A stretch of DNA of 32,000 bases from Desulfobulbus propionicus DSM 2032 (GTDB lineage Bacteria; Desulfobacterota; Desulfobulbia; Desulfobulbales; Desulfobulbaceae), in the NCBI RefSeq assembly GCF_000186885.1, contig NC_014972.1, positions 1,440,001 through 1,472,000 on the forward strand, read 5' to 3'. Of the stretch, positions 24,138 through 32,000 are shown piece by piece. Under the pieces are notes generated by a model. That model had not been told where the DNA came from. It worked only from the letters and a program-made list of their open reading frames with translations, and did no database searches. A program made the position numbers and the translations under genes. The first letter of the stretch is position 1, and every line of letters starts with the position of its first letter.

Positions 24138-24614
24138 ATGAAGACCACCAAGCTCGTTTTCATGGTTATGATCGGCTTGGCGATGATCGAATTTACTGCA
24201 GGACAATCATTCAACATTGCCGCCGCTGCCTCAGTCAAGACAGCAAAAACATCGCTTGCCTCTTCCAAAACTAAAGCCAAATCCACCGCTACTGCCGCCA
24301 AGTCAAAAAAATTGATGAAAGGGGTAGCCACCGTCTATGCCGATAAATTCATCGGCAGGAAAACCGCCAGCGGCCAACGGTTCCGCCAGAGCGAACTGAC
24401 CGCCGCCCATCGTTTGTTGCCACTTGGCACCAAGGTGCGGGTCACCAACCTCCGCAATCAAAAAACAGTCGAAGTACGGATCAACGATCGCGGGCCTTGG
24501 GCCAAGGGCCGGATCATTGATCTGTCGGCTGCCGCAGCGGCCAAGGTCGGGATGGCCAAGCGCGGCACCGCCTTGGTCAAACTCGAGGTCGTCTCCTCGG
24601 CCTCCTCGGGTTGA
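24138..24614 (+). CDS. rlpA: septal ring lytic transglycosylase RlpA family protein (DPBB domain)
   Basis: Signal peptide plus a low-complexity Ala/Lys/Thr linker, followed by GVATVYADKFIGRKTASGQRFRQSELTAAHRLLPLGTKVRVTNLRNQKTVEVRINDRGPWAKGRIIDLSAAAAAKVG, the canonical RlpA double-psi beta-barrel signature. Confidence 0.9.
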   Translation: MKTTKLVFMVMIGLAMIEFTAGQSFNIAAAASVKTAKTSLASSKTKAKSTATAAKSKKLMKGVATVYADKFIGRKTASGQRFRQSELTAAHRLLPLGTKVRVTNLRNQKTVEVRINDRGPWAKGRIIDLSAAAAAKVGMAKRGTALVKLEVVSSASSG

Positions 24615-24711
24615 TCCCGCAAGAGCGCTGACAGCTCCGCGTCTCCGGTGGATGCGGTTGGTCGTTTCATCGCGACGCGTCTTTTTTCTTCTTATACGCT
24701 CCAAATCCTCC

Positions 24712-24750
24712 TGCGCAGCCAACGAAACGGTGGTTGCGCATTTTTCTCTT
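24712..24750 (+). terminator. rho-independent terminator downstream of rlpA
   Basis: TGCGCAGCCA (9-nt loop) TGGTTGCGCA, a 10-bp stem with one G-U pair, followed by TTTTTCTCTT. It lies about 100 nt after the rlpA stop. Confidence 0.5.
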
Positions 24751-25014
24751 GCGCGTCTCGTCCTTGCATGGGGCTGCCAGGGATGTCGTGCGCCTTATCC
24801 GGTGAGACGTCGTTCAAAGACCATACCGGGCATGGTGGATTCCGCCGCCGCTCCATTTCGTGCTTGTCTTACCGCAAAATGTTCAGTAATAGTTTGCCAT
24901 TAGCCGCGATTTTTGGAGGGTGCGGCTTTGCGTTGAAGGTGCGGCCCGCCGGGAACTGCCTGAAACCCTTGTGTTGGCTGCAATCCTTATCCAACTTATT
25001 GTAGGAGGAACAGC

Positions 25015-25329
25015 ATGGCACGAAAAACCTTTGGTCTCTTTCTTTCCCTTTTGTGTGCGGTCCTGCTTTCGTTGACCGTCTCCTGTACCACCCCGGCAGG
25101 ACGAACCACGGGGCAGGTGGTGGATGATGCCGGCATCACCACCCAGGTGAAGGCCGATCTGTTGGCCGACAAGGAGGTCAGCGGTCTGGCGGTATCCGTG
25201 GAAACCTTCAAGGGCGAGGTGGTGCTGACCGGCGCGGTCGATACCCCGGCCCAACGGAAAAAGGCCGAGCAGATCGCCTCCAAGGTGCACGGCGTCACCC
25301 GGGTGAAAAACCTGATCAAACTGAAATAA
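25015..25329 (+). CDS. BON domain lipoprotein (OsmY-like)
   Basis: The signal/lipobox-like segment is LLSLTVSC. It is followed by a single BON domain: DDAGITTQVKADLLADKEVSGLAVSVETFKGEVVLTGAVDTPAQRKKAEQIASKVHGVTRVKNLI. SD GGAGGA lies upstream. Confidence 0.88.
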   Translation: MARKTFGLFLSLLCAVLLSLTVSCTTPAGRTTGQVVDDAGITTQVKADLLADKEVSGLAVSVETFKGEVVLTGAVDTPAQRKKAEQIASKVHGVTRVKNLIKLK

Positions 25330-25377
25330 CGCCGGCATGCCCCGGGTGCGGATCAGCACCCGGAGACGGATGCCCCT

Positions 25378-25410
25378 AAACGGAAACAGTGATTGTGTTT
25401 CCGTTTTTTT
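25378..25410 (+). terminator. rho-independent terminator of the BON gene
   Basis: AAACGGAAACA (7-nt loop GTGATTG) TGTTTCCGTTT, running into a T7 tract (25404-25410). Confidence 0.75.
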
Positions 25411-25708
25411 AACTCCTTATTACGGGGACAGGATATATATTTTTGACTTCCTGCTGCCAAGAGGGGCAGAAGCATGGAGTGGTTGGTCGCCCAATCCTCT
25501 TTCGCTTCTCCGCGTGGCCCAGATGATCCTGATCCGTGTCTCACGCCCCTGCTGCCCTGGGAACTCCCGGTTTGGCCGATGGAACTCGCGCGGGTGTCCT
25601 GCAAGCGATACTTGCTGCAATTTTTGTTGCACATTTTGAAATTTTTTCGTTATTGCACTTATATTCAACGCATCAACATCAACATCAACATGCACCTGGG
25701 AGGGAACC

Positions 25709-26371
25709 ATGGACAGGGGAGGGAACGTCAAGTGGGGCATCATGGCAGTCGTTCATACTCTAGCGGCAGCATCGACCGCGTTGGCCGGGAACGTGACCCC
25801 GCTCGCGCCGCTGTTTGCCAATGTCAATGCGAGTTACGCGGGTGCCGAGGTCATCATGCCTTATCTTTCGCAGAACGATGCCAACAAGGATGGGTATCGC
25901 GAAAGCCTGACCTACTGGTATCGAATTTATAAAAACAACACCAACACACCGCTTCTCTACTCGTCAACTCCCAAAACCGGTGCGTATCCGGCGGTTTCCT
26001 GCACCAATCCCACCTGGCGGGAAAGCTATACCAACCCGCAATTCATGCGTTCAGGCAAATGGGTGGTGACCGGCCATGACCTGAACATGGAGTGCGATTC
26101 CAACGCCGGCGATAGCGAGGCGCACAATACCTTTGTCTATGTGGCGGATGTGAGCAAATCAGGAGGAGCAGTCAACACCCTGATGTTTGCCAAGGCCGAG
26201 CTGGAGGCCATCGAGTTGGTTGATTACAACAGTGACGGAGTCGGCGACCTGATGGTCTCCATGCATGTGGAGGGGGCGGCGGTCGAACAACTCCGCATCG
26301 TGGTCAAGAATCTGGCGAACTGGGCCACGCTTTCGGACAAAGTCTACGCAGTGTCCAATGTCAAAGACTGA
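25709..26371 (+). CDS. secreted hypothetical protein (FG-GAP/VCBS-like D-x-N-x-D-G segment near C-terminus)
   Basis: 220 aa. The N-terminus is signal-like (WGIMAVVHTLAAASTALAG). The sequence is rich in Asn/Thr/Tyr, and VDYNSDGVGDLMV resembles a calcium-binding FG-GAP repeat core. GGGAGGG precedes the ATG. Confidence 0.6.
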   Translation: MDRGGNVKWGIMAVVHTLAAASTALAGNVTPLAPLFANVNASYAGAEVIMPYLSQNDANKDGYRESLTYWYRIYKNNTNTPLLYSSTPKTGAYPAVSCTNPTWRESYTNPQFMRSGKWVVTGHDLNMECDSNAGDSEAHNTFVYVADVSKSGGAVNTLMFAKAELEAIELVDYNSDGVGDLMVSMHVEGAAVEQLRIVVKNLANWATLSDKVYAVSNVKD

Positions 26372-26450
26372 AGGGCACACCGTGAAAGGAACAGCTGTTT
26401 CCGTTGCGAGGTGCCATTCCCAATACCTGCCCTGAACAGGAGGCCAAGCC

Positions 26451-26903
26451 ATGCCCATTGGAGAATTGTGCAATCGGGAGGTTGTTTTTGCCAGGCGCAC
26501 GACCACCATCGTCGAGGCGGCGCAGCTCATGCGCCGGTATCATGTGGGTGATCTGGTGGTGGTAGACGAGGTCGGGGGCCGCCGGATTCCGGTCGGCATG
26601 CTGACTGATCGTGATATCGTGGTCGAGATCATCGCCAAATCCTTGCCTGTCGAGGGAGTTACCGCCGGTGAGCTCATGCGGCCGCGGCTGGTCAGCGTGC
26701 CGGAAACGGCAGGCGTGGTGGCGACCATTCAGTTGATGCGTGCCCATGGGGTTCGCCGCATCCCGGTGGTCGATCCGGAGGGTGGGCTTGCCGGCATCGT
26801 GTCTGTGGATGACCTGCTCGATCTCCTGGCCGAGGAATTGACGGAACTGGCCAAGGTCGCCCCGCGCGGTCAGGCAAGTGAGACCCGGACCCGAGGGGAT
26901 TGA
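26451..26903 (+). CDS. CBS domain pair protein
   Basis: 150 aa with two CBS repeats (VGDLVVVDEVGGRRIPVGMLTDRDIV and VRRIPVVDPEGGLAGIVSVDDLL). SD AGGAGG lies upstream. Confidence 0.88.
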   Translation: MPIGELCNREVVFARRTTTIVEAAQLMRRYHVGDLVVVDEVGGRRIPVGMLTDRDIVVEIIAKSLPVEGVTAGELMRPRLVSVPETAGVVATIQLMRAHGVRRIPVVDPEGGLAGIVSVDDLLDLLAEELTELAKVAPRGQASETRTRGD

Positions 26904-26971
26904 CACCTGATTCCGGCATCGCGCCGGTTGTCCCCTCCTTTGGCAACGATTGACAACCACGGCACAGAACA

Positions 26972-28735
26972 ATGCAGACGACAGCCAATATGATCCTCCT
27001 GGCCCGGCAGGATTCGGATGTTTCCCTTGCCATGACCGAGCAGGCGCAACAGGCCGGTTTTCTTGTGCGGCAGGCCAGCTCACCGGCGCAGCTCGCGCAA
27101 ATGGTGCTCCTTCATCCCCCCGATGGCGTGCTCATTGATCCTTCGGGGCATGAGACGGAAATCCTGGCGCTGATCGAGGGACTGACGGCAAAATTTCCCC
27201 ACGTGCCGGTGGTGCTCGTTGCCGCCGCACCCTCAGCGGACAACGTGTTGGAAGCGCTGCGCCGAGGTGTCTGGGATTATCTGGACAGCTCCAGGGAAGA
27301 CAGCGCCACGCTGGCAGGTCGTCTGCTTCGGGTTGTTCATCGATCCGGGCAGGCCACGGAAAAGAGACACGCCCTGGATGCGTACGAGCAGCGGATCCGC
27401 GAGCAATGGACTCGGTTGACGTCGAAAAATTCGCAGCTCGTTCGGGAAATCAAGGATGTGAAAGTGCAGGAACGGCTTCTCCTTCATGCCAAGCGAGAAT
27501 GGGAACGAACGGTCGACGCCCTGCCCGACCTGATTTTCATCGTCGACCGGGATCACCGGATCACCCGCATCAACAAGGCCATGCGTGATCGTCTCGACAT
27601 GGCCTATGACGAGGTGCTGGGGCGCCCCTGTTTTTACTGCTTCCATGGCTGCCATCGGGTAATGGAGCAGTGTCCGCATGAATTGTTGATGAACGATTGC
27701 AAACAGCGCACCGTGGAGATCGAGGAGGAACGGTTGGGCGGTTTCTTTGAGCTCACGGTCGTGCCGTATTACGATGCCGAGGGGGAGTTGGCGGGTTCGG
27801 TGCACATCGCCCGTGATGTTTCCGCGCAGAAGCAGGCACAAAAGGATCAGGAAAAATTGCAGGCCCGACTGCTCCATTCGGCCAAGTTGGAATCCGTCGG
27901 CCAGCTGGCGGCCGGCATCGCCCACGAGATCAACACTCCAACCCAGTTCATCACCGCCAACATCGATTTTCTCGACGAAGCCTTTACCAAGGCGGAGGAG
28001 TTGTGCACCGCTCTTCTGGACGTGCTGACTGCCGTTAAACAGGGGACGGTTGCCCCAGAGCAGTTCGAGGCGATCGAATCGCTGCTCGACGAACTGGACT
28101 GGGCGTATTTACAAGAGGAAATCCCCCTGGCCATTTCCCAGTCCAAGGAGGGGTTGCAACGGGTCACCTCCATTGTTCAGGCGATCAAGGAATTTTCCCA
28201 TCCCGGCAGTAAACAGAAGGTCAGTGCCGACCTCAACAAAATCATCAAGACCACCATCACCGTGGCCAGAAACGAATGGAAGTACGTGGCCACGGTGGAC
28301 ACCCATCTCGATCCCATCCTGGAAACCATCCCTTGTCATGCCGACGAGATCGGCCAGGTATTCCTCAATATTTTGATCAACGCGGCCCACGCCATCGAAA
28401 GCAAGCAGGGGGAATATCCCGAAAACAGACTGGGACGGATCACCATCACCTCGGCGCAGTGCGAGCACTACGCGGAAATCCGGATCGCGGACAACGGACC
28501 GGGCATTCCGCCTCCTATTCAGCACAAGGTATTTGATCCTTTTTTCACCACCAAGCAGGTCGGGAAGGGTACCGGCCAGGGCCTGGCGATCGCCCACGAC
28601 GTGGTCACCACCAAGCACGGCGGCACCCTGAGTTTCGAAACAAGCCCGGAAACGGGAACGACCTTCATCATCCGGCTGCCGCGCGGGGCGAGCGAGCCGG
28701 CCCTCCACGCCGACGTGCCCGGATCGTTCGCATGA
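26972..28735 (+). CDS. cytoplasmic sensor histidine kinase: receiver-like N-domain + Cys/His-rich PAS + HisKA + HATPase_c
   Basis: No TM segments. The PAS region is WERTVDALPDLIFIVDRDHRITRINKAM...VHIARDVS. H-box: GIAHEINTP. N-box: FLNILINAAHAI. G1: DNGPGI. G2: GKGTGQGLAI. Confidence 0.9.
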   Translation: MQTTANMILLARQDSDVSLAMTEQAQQAGFLVRQASSPAQLAQMVLLHPPDGVLIDPSGHETEILALIEGLTAKFPHVPVVLVAAAPSADNVLEALRRGVWDYLDSSREDSATLAGRLLRVVHRSGQATEKRHALDAYEQRIREQWTRLTSKNSQLVREIKDVKVQERLLLHAKREWERTVDALPDLIFIVDRDHRITRINKAMRDRLDMAYDEVLGRPCFYCFHGCHRVMEQCPHELLMNDCKQRTVEIEEERLGGFFELTVVPYYDAEGELAGSVHIARDVSAQKQAQKDQEKLQARLLHSAKLESVGQLAAGIAHEINTPTQFITANIDFLDEAFTKAEELCTALLDVLTAVKQGTVAPEQFEAIESLLDELDWAYLQEEIPLAISQSKEGLQRVTSIVQAIKEFSHPGSKQKVSADLNKIIKTTITVARNEWKYVATVDTHLDPILETIPCHADEIGQVFLNILINAAHAIESKQGEYPENRLGRITITSAQCEHYAEIRIADNGPGIPPPIQHKVFDPFFTTKQVGKGTGQGLAIAHDVVTTKHGGTLSFETSPETGTTFIIRLPRGASEPALHADVPGSFA

Positions 28736-29952
28736 AGAAAACCGCACTGTTTGTCGACGGCGAACCGAACATCCTTGCCGGGCTGAGGCGGATGCTTCGT
28801 TCGCTGCGCAACGAGATGGATTTCTTTTTTGCCGAAAGCGGCTTCGAAGCCCTCGAGATCCTTGCGGCCCAGCATATTGACGTCATCGTCTCCGACATGC
28901 AGATGCCGGGCATGGATGGGGCCACCCTGCTGGCCACGGTTCAGGAGAAGTATCCGATGACGATCCGTATCGTGCTCTCCGGCCAGGCGGACGAGGTTCC
29001 GGTGCTGCGCGCGGCGGGGGTGGTCCATCAGTTTCTGGCCAAGCCGACCGATCCGGAAAAGATCAAGGAGGTGCTGAAGAGAGCCTGCGCCCTGCAGGAT
29101 CTGATGAAGAACAAGCAGCTCAAGGCGGTGGTGTCACGTATCGGCAAACTGCCGTCCATCCCCGCCATCTATGTGGAACTGAAGAACAAGCTGATGAATC
29201 CTGACTGTTCCGTCAGCGATGTGGCCTCGATCATCATCAAGGACATGGCCATGAGCGCCAAGGTCTTGCAGCTGGTCAACTCCGCCTTTTTCGGCATGTA
29301 CACCAATATCACCAGCCCCCTGCACGCGGTTACCCTGTTGGGACTGGAAACCATCAAGGCGATGGTGCTGGGCATCGGATTTTTCTCGACCCTGCACACC
29401 ACCTCGTCACGGACCTTCTCGGTCGACAAGTTGTGGGATCACTGCGTCCTGACCGCGGCCTTCGCCAAGAAAATCGCCCAGGCGGAAACCAACAACACCC
29501 AGATGATCAACAACACCTTTATCGCCGGCATGATGCACGATATCGGCAAATTGCTGCTGTTTTCGAGCCTGCACGAACCGTACAACCAGGCGATCGCCAT
29601 GGCGCGCAAACAGTACAGCCACCTCAACCAGGCGGAGCAGCAGGTGTTCAACTCCGACCATGCGAATATCGGCGGTTATCTGGTGGGGTTGTGGGGGCTG
29701 CCGGGAAGCGTGATCGAGGCGGTGGCCTTTCATCACCAGTTGGACGACTATCCCAACCCCTCCTTTTGTCCGGCCGTTGCCGTGCATGCCGCCGATGTGA
29801 TCTATTACGAGCTGTTTCCCGAACGGAGCGTGGGCAAGCCGCCGCGGCTCAATTACGGCTATCTGGAGCAAGCCGGGGTCAGGAGGAGGTATTCGGCCTG
29901 GCTTGAGCTCTGCAGCGAGGAATACCCGGGAGAACCGCGCCATGACCGATAA
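28732..29952 (+). CDS. response regulator receiver + HDOD domain protein
   Basis: ATGA overlap with the kinase stop. REC signature: LFVDGEPN...VIVSDMQMPGMDG...FLAKP. HDOD signature: LPSIPAIYVELKNKL...ASIIIKDMAMSAKVLQLVNSAFF...MMHDIGKLLL. Confidence 0.9.
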   Translation: MKKTALFVDGEPNILAGLRRMLRSLRNEMDFFFAESGFEALEILAAQHIDVIVSDMQMPGMDGATLLATVQEKYPMTIRIVLSGQADEVPVLRAAGVVHQFLAKPTDPEKIKEVLKRACALQDLMKNKQLKAVVSRIGKLPSIPAIYVELKNKLMNPDCSVSDVASIIIKDMAMSAKVLQLVNSAFFGMYTNITSPLHAVTLLGLETIKAMVLGIGFFSTLHTTSSRTFSVDKLWDHCVLTAAFAKKIAQAETNNTQMINNTFIAGMMHDIGKLLLFSSLHEPYNQAIAMARKQYSHLNQAEQQVFNSDHANIGGYLVGLWGLPGSVIEAVAFHHQLDDYPNPSFCPAVAVHAADVIYYELFPERSVGKPPRLNYGYLEQAGVRRRYSAWLELCSEEYPGEPRHDR

Positions 29953-31093
29953 AATTTTGCTTGTTGATGACGAGCCCAACGTGCTCCAGTCCATGCAACG
30001 CCAACTGCATAACCGTTTTGCCCTGCGGACCGCCGGCAGCGGCGAGGAGGCCCTGCGGCTACTTGAGGAGGAAGGGCCTTTCGCGGTCATTGTCACCGAC
30101 ATGCGCATGCCGGGTATGACCGGGGTGGAATTGCTGGCGCGGACAAAGGATCTGTATCCGGATATGGTGCGCCTGATGCTGACCGGCCATGCCGATCAGG
30201 AGACGGCGATGGAGGCGGTCAATTCCGGCCAAATTTTCCGTTTCCTCACCAAACCCTGCCCCCAGGCCACCTTTGTCATTTCCCTGGCCCTGGCTCTCCG
30301 TCAGCATCGTCTGATTGTCGCCGAGAAGGAACTGTTGCAGAAGACGCTCAAGGGCAGCATTCACGTGCTGTCCGAACTGCTGGGCGTGGCCAACCCCCTG
30401 GCCTTCAGCGCCGGACTGCGCATCAGGGATTATGTGGTCCGCATCGCCCAGGAACTGCACCTGCCGCAGATCTGGCAGTGCGAGATTGCGGCGCTGATGT
30501 CCCAGATCGGCTGCATCACCCTGCCGCCGGACATCCTGAACAAAGTCTACGCCGGCGCGAAAATGAGCGCGGAAGAGAGCGAGATGTTCAACAATCATCC
30601 GCTGGTTGGCGCTTCGCTTTTGGAAAAGATCCCCCGCCTGGAGCATGTCACCAAGATGATTTGCCTGCAGCAGAAGCGATACGATGCCTATACCGCTGAA
30701 CTGATGAAAACGATACCCGAGGAAGTGGCGGTTGGTGCCCAGATCCTCAAGGCGGTGATCGATTACGATCGACACCTTGCCCGGGGCATGAGCCGGGGAG
30801 AGGCTATCGGCCAGCTGCGCAAGACAACCGGCGTGTACCACCCGGCTGTTTTGTCGTTGCTGACGTCGTTGAAACTGGAGGACCAGCGGCCGGTGCTCAG
30901 CCTCGCTGCCAATCAGGTCGGGGTGGGCATGGTGGCGATGGACGACATCCTCACCAAGAGCAAGGTGTTGATTATTCCCAAAGGGCTGACCCTGACCTGG
31001 GCGATGGTCCAGGGACTGCAAAATTTTTCCAAAAAAGTCGGAGTGGTCGAACCGATCAGGGTTATGCTCGGTCAGTCGGAGCCGGACACCTGA
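29942..31093 (+). CDS. response regulator receiver + degenerate HD-GYP-like output domain
   Basis: The ATG at 29942 (MTDKILLVDDEPN) overlaps the upstream gene by 11 nt. REC signature: VIVTDMRMPGMTG...FLTKP. The C-terminal domain is collinear with HD-GYP, but the HDIGK position reads SQIGC and the HHE..DG..GYP position reads LQQKRYDAYT. Confidence 0.85.
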   Translation: MTDKILLVDDEPNVLQSMQRQLHNRFALRTAGSGEEALRLLEEEGPFAVIVTDMRMPGMTGVELLARTKDLYPDMVRLMLTGHADQETAMEAVNSGQIFRFLTKPCPQATFVISLALALRQHRLIVAEKELLQKTLKGSIHVLSELLGVANPLAFSAGLRIRDYVVRIAQELHLPQIWQCEIAALMSQIGCITLPPDILNKVYAGAKMSAEESEMFNNHPLVGASLLEKIPRLEHVTKMICLQQKRYDAYTAELMKTIPEEVAVGAQILKAVIDYDRHLARGMSRGEAIGQLRKTTGVYHPAVLSLLTSLKLEDQRPVLSLAANQVGVGMVAMDDILTKSKVLIIPKGLTLTWAMVQGLQNFSKKVGVVEPIRVMLGQSEPDT

Positions 31094-31192
31094 TCAACCT
31101 GCGGGTTCGACGGCCCTTGGCCATTTTTTCCTTGCTCTTCCTGCCGTGACGGAATTGCCGTGTTAACCTGGACGGGTGTCGGCGGGGCTGCT

Positions 31193-32000
31193 TTATGGCT
31201 CTTGTTGCTGGCGCCAGAAATTGGCCCAAGCCTGCCAATCCGGCAACCATTGGAGCTGATTGCCGTGGGGATGGGTCCAGGCGAGGTGCCAACGACGATG
31301 GCGGCCGTTGCTCCACAGATCGGCGGTCCAGTAGAGCCAGCCGAAACGAGGCGGTTCCGGCCCCTGCCACGGGGGCTCCCACTGCAGCCAGAGCACGGGC
31401 TGCGGATGCTGTCTGACCCAGTCGGCCAGGTGGAGGCGGAGAGCGGTGCCTTTGTCGCGCAGATAGGTGGTCAGGTAGGTGTTGAACACCACCAGCGGCG
31501 CATCGTCCAGCGGACCGATGTGCCTGGCAAGAATATGGGGCAGCGCGTCGGGCAGATCGGCCTGGTGGAGCCGGACCGGCACCGGGGACTCATCGAGCTG
31601 GTGCAGGGCCGCGATTCCCTGGCGCAGTCTGGCCAGCCGTTCGCTTTGATCGCCCCAGACAAAGGCGGCCAGGGTCTGTTCTTCCCGCCGTGAACGAAGA
31701 ATAAAAGGCGCCAGGTCGCAGCCGATCCGAGAACGGATCGTCGGGATAGCGGTTGTGGTTGGCGCAACCAGTGGCCCCTCGATGTGGACAACAAATTGGG
31801 GTGGGATGCCGCAGCCCAGTTCAAGCACTCCCTCGTTTCCCTCGCCGTGCAGCAGCCGATAATGGCGCTGATCCGCCACCAGGTTGAGGCCGGCGCTGGC
31901 CCCCAGATCGAGCAGGTGGATGGCCGGCCAGCCCGTAAACAGCACCGGCAGCAGCCAGCACAGACCGCGCGCGGTTTCGTTGGTTTGCACCGTGGCATGG
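31193..32000 (-). CDS. DUF2332-like (methyltransferase-fold) hypothetical protein, C-terminal part; continues past right window edge
   Basis: The ORF is open to the window edge; the codon at 31990 is an internal GTG within ...HATVQTNETARG. The motifs QTNE..R and LLDLGASAGLNL match my memory of DUF2332 family proteins. Confidence 0.55.
   Translation of the reverse strand, partial: HATVQTNETARGLCWLLPVLFTGWPAIHLLDLGASAGLNLVADQRHYRLLHGEGNEGVLELGCGIPPQFVVHIEGPLVAPTTTAIPTIRSRIGCDLAPFILRSRREEQTLAAFVWGDQSERLARLRQGIAALHQLDESPVPVRLHQADLPDALPHILARHIGPLDDAPLVVFNTYLTTYLRDKGTALRLHLADWVRQHPQPVLWLQWEPPWQGPEPPRFGWLYWTADLWSNGRHRRWHLAWTHPHGNQLQWLPDWQAWANFWRQQQEP

Noticed and set aside
25671-25726. (CATCAA)x3 microsatellite and a duplicated GGGAGGGAAC motif upstream of, and at the start of, the secreted hypothetical gene.
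   Set aside because: Both are too short to support a phase-variation or repeat-element claim. The first GGGAGGG is adequately explained as the ribosome-binding site.
27638-27655. CFHGCH read as a variant (CX3CH) c-type heme-binding motif in the kinase PAS domain.
   Set aside because: The protein has no signal peptide or TM segment, so it cannot reach the periplasmic cytochrome c maturation system. The motif is retained only as part of a possible metal/redox site.

Overview
GC-rich bacterial chromosomal window. The gene content (triheme c7-type cytochrome, TAT-exported molybdoenzyme) looks Desulfuromonadota/Desulfobacterota-like. All homology calls are by-eye motif recognition; no searches were run.

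Layout, left to right:
(1) Arsenic block: arsC (partial) and acr3. Next comes a terminator-delimited operon of cytochrome c7, 4Fe-4S protein and TtrA-like molybdopterin oxidoreductase. It is transcribed divergently from arsR plus a radical SAM/SPASM-like gene.
(2) Accessory segment of about 6.7 kb ending at tRNA-Leu(UAA). It carries a tyrosine integrase, an HU gene and a six-gene cassette in which four of the five junctions are start/stop overlaps. The cassette encodes a NusA-like protein, a TM-less VirD4/TraD-like P-loop ATPase, a small TM peptide, an HD-domain protein, a 4-TM protein and a small acidic protein. This is my best candidate for an undescribed, mobile-element-borne system (mobilisation module or defence-type system).
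(3) Housekeeping genes: an RCK K+ channel, phoH, an in-frame ybeY-pdxJ fusion, a DsbA-like protein, and nrdJ behind tandem NrdR boxes.
(4) A REP-like repeat patch, an autotransporter whose passenger looks TNT (NAD+ glycohydrolase)-like, rlpA, a BON lipoprotein, a secreted hypothetical protein and a CBS protein.
(5) A translationally coupled signalling operon (REC-PAS histidine kinase, REC-HDOD, REC-degenerate HD-GYP) and a partial DUF2332-like gene.

No CRISPR array, rRNA or IS transposase was seen. Most long antisense ORFs in the track are shadow ORFs of GC-rich genes.
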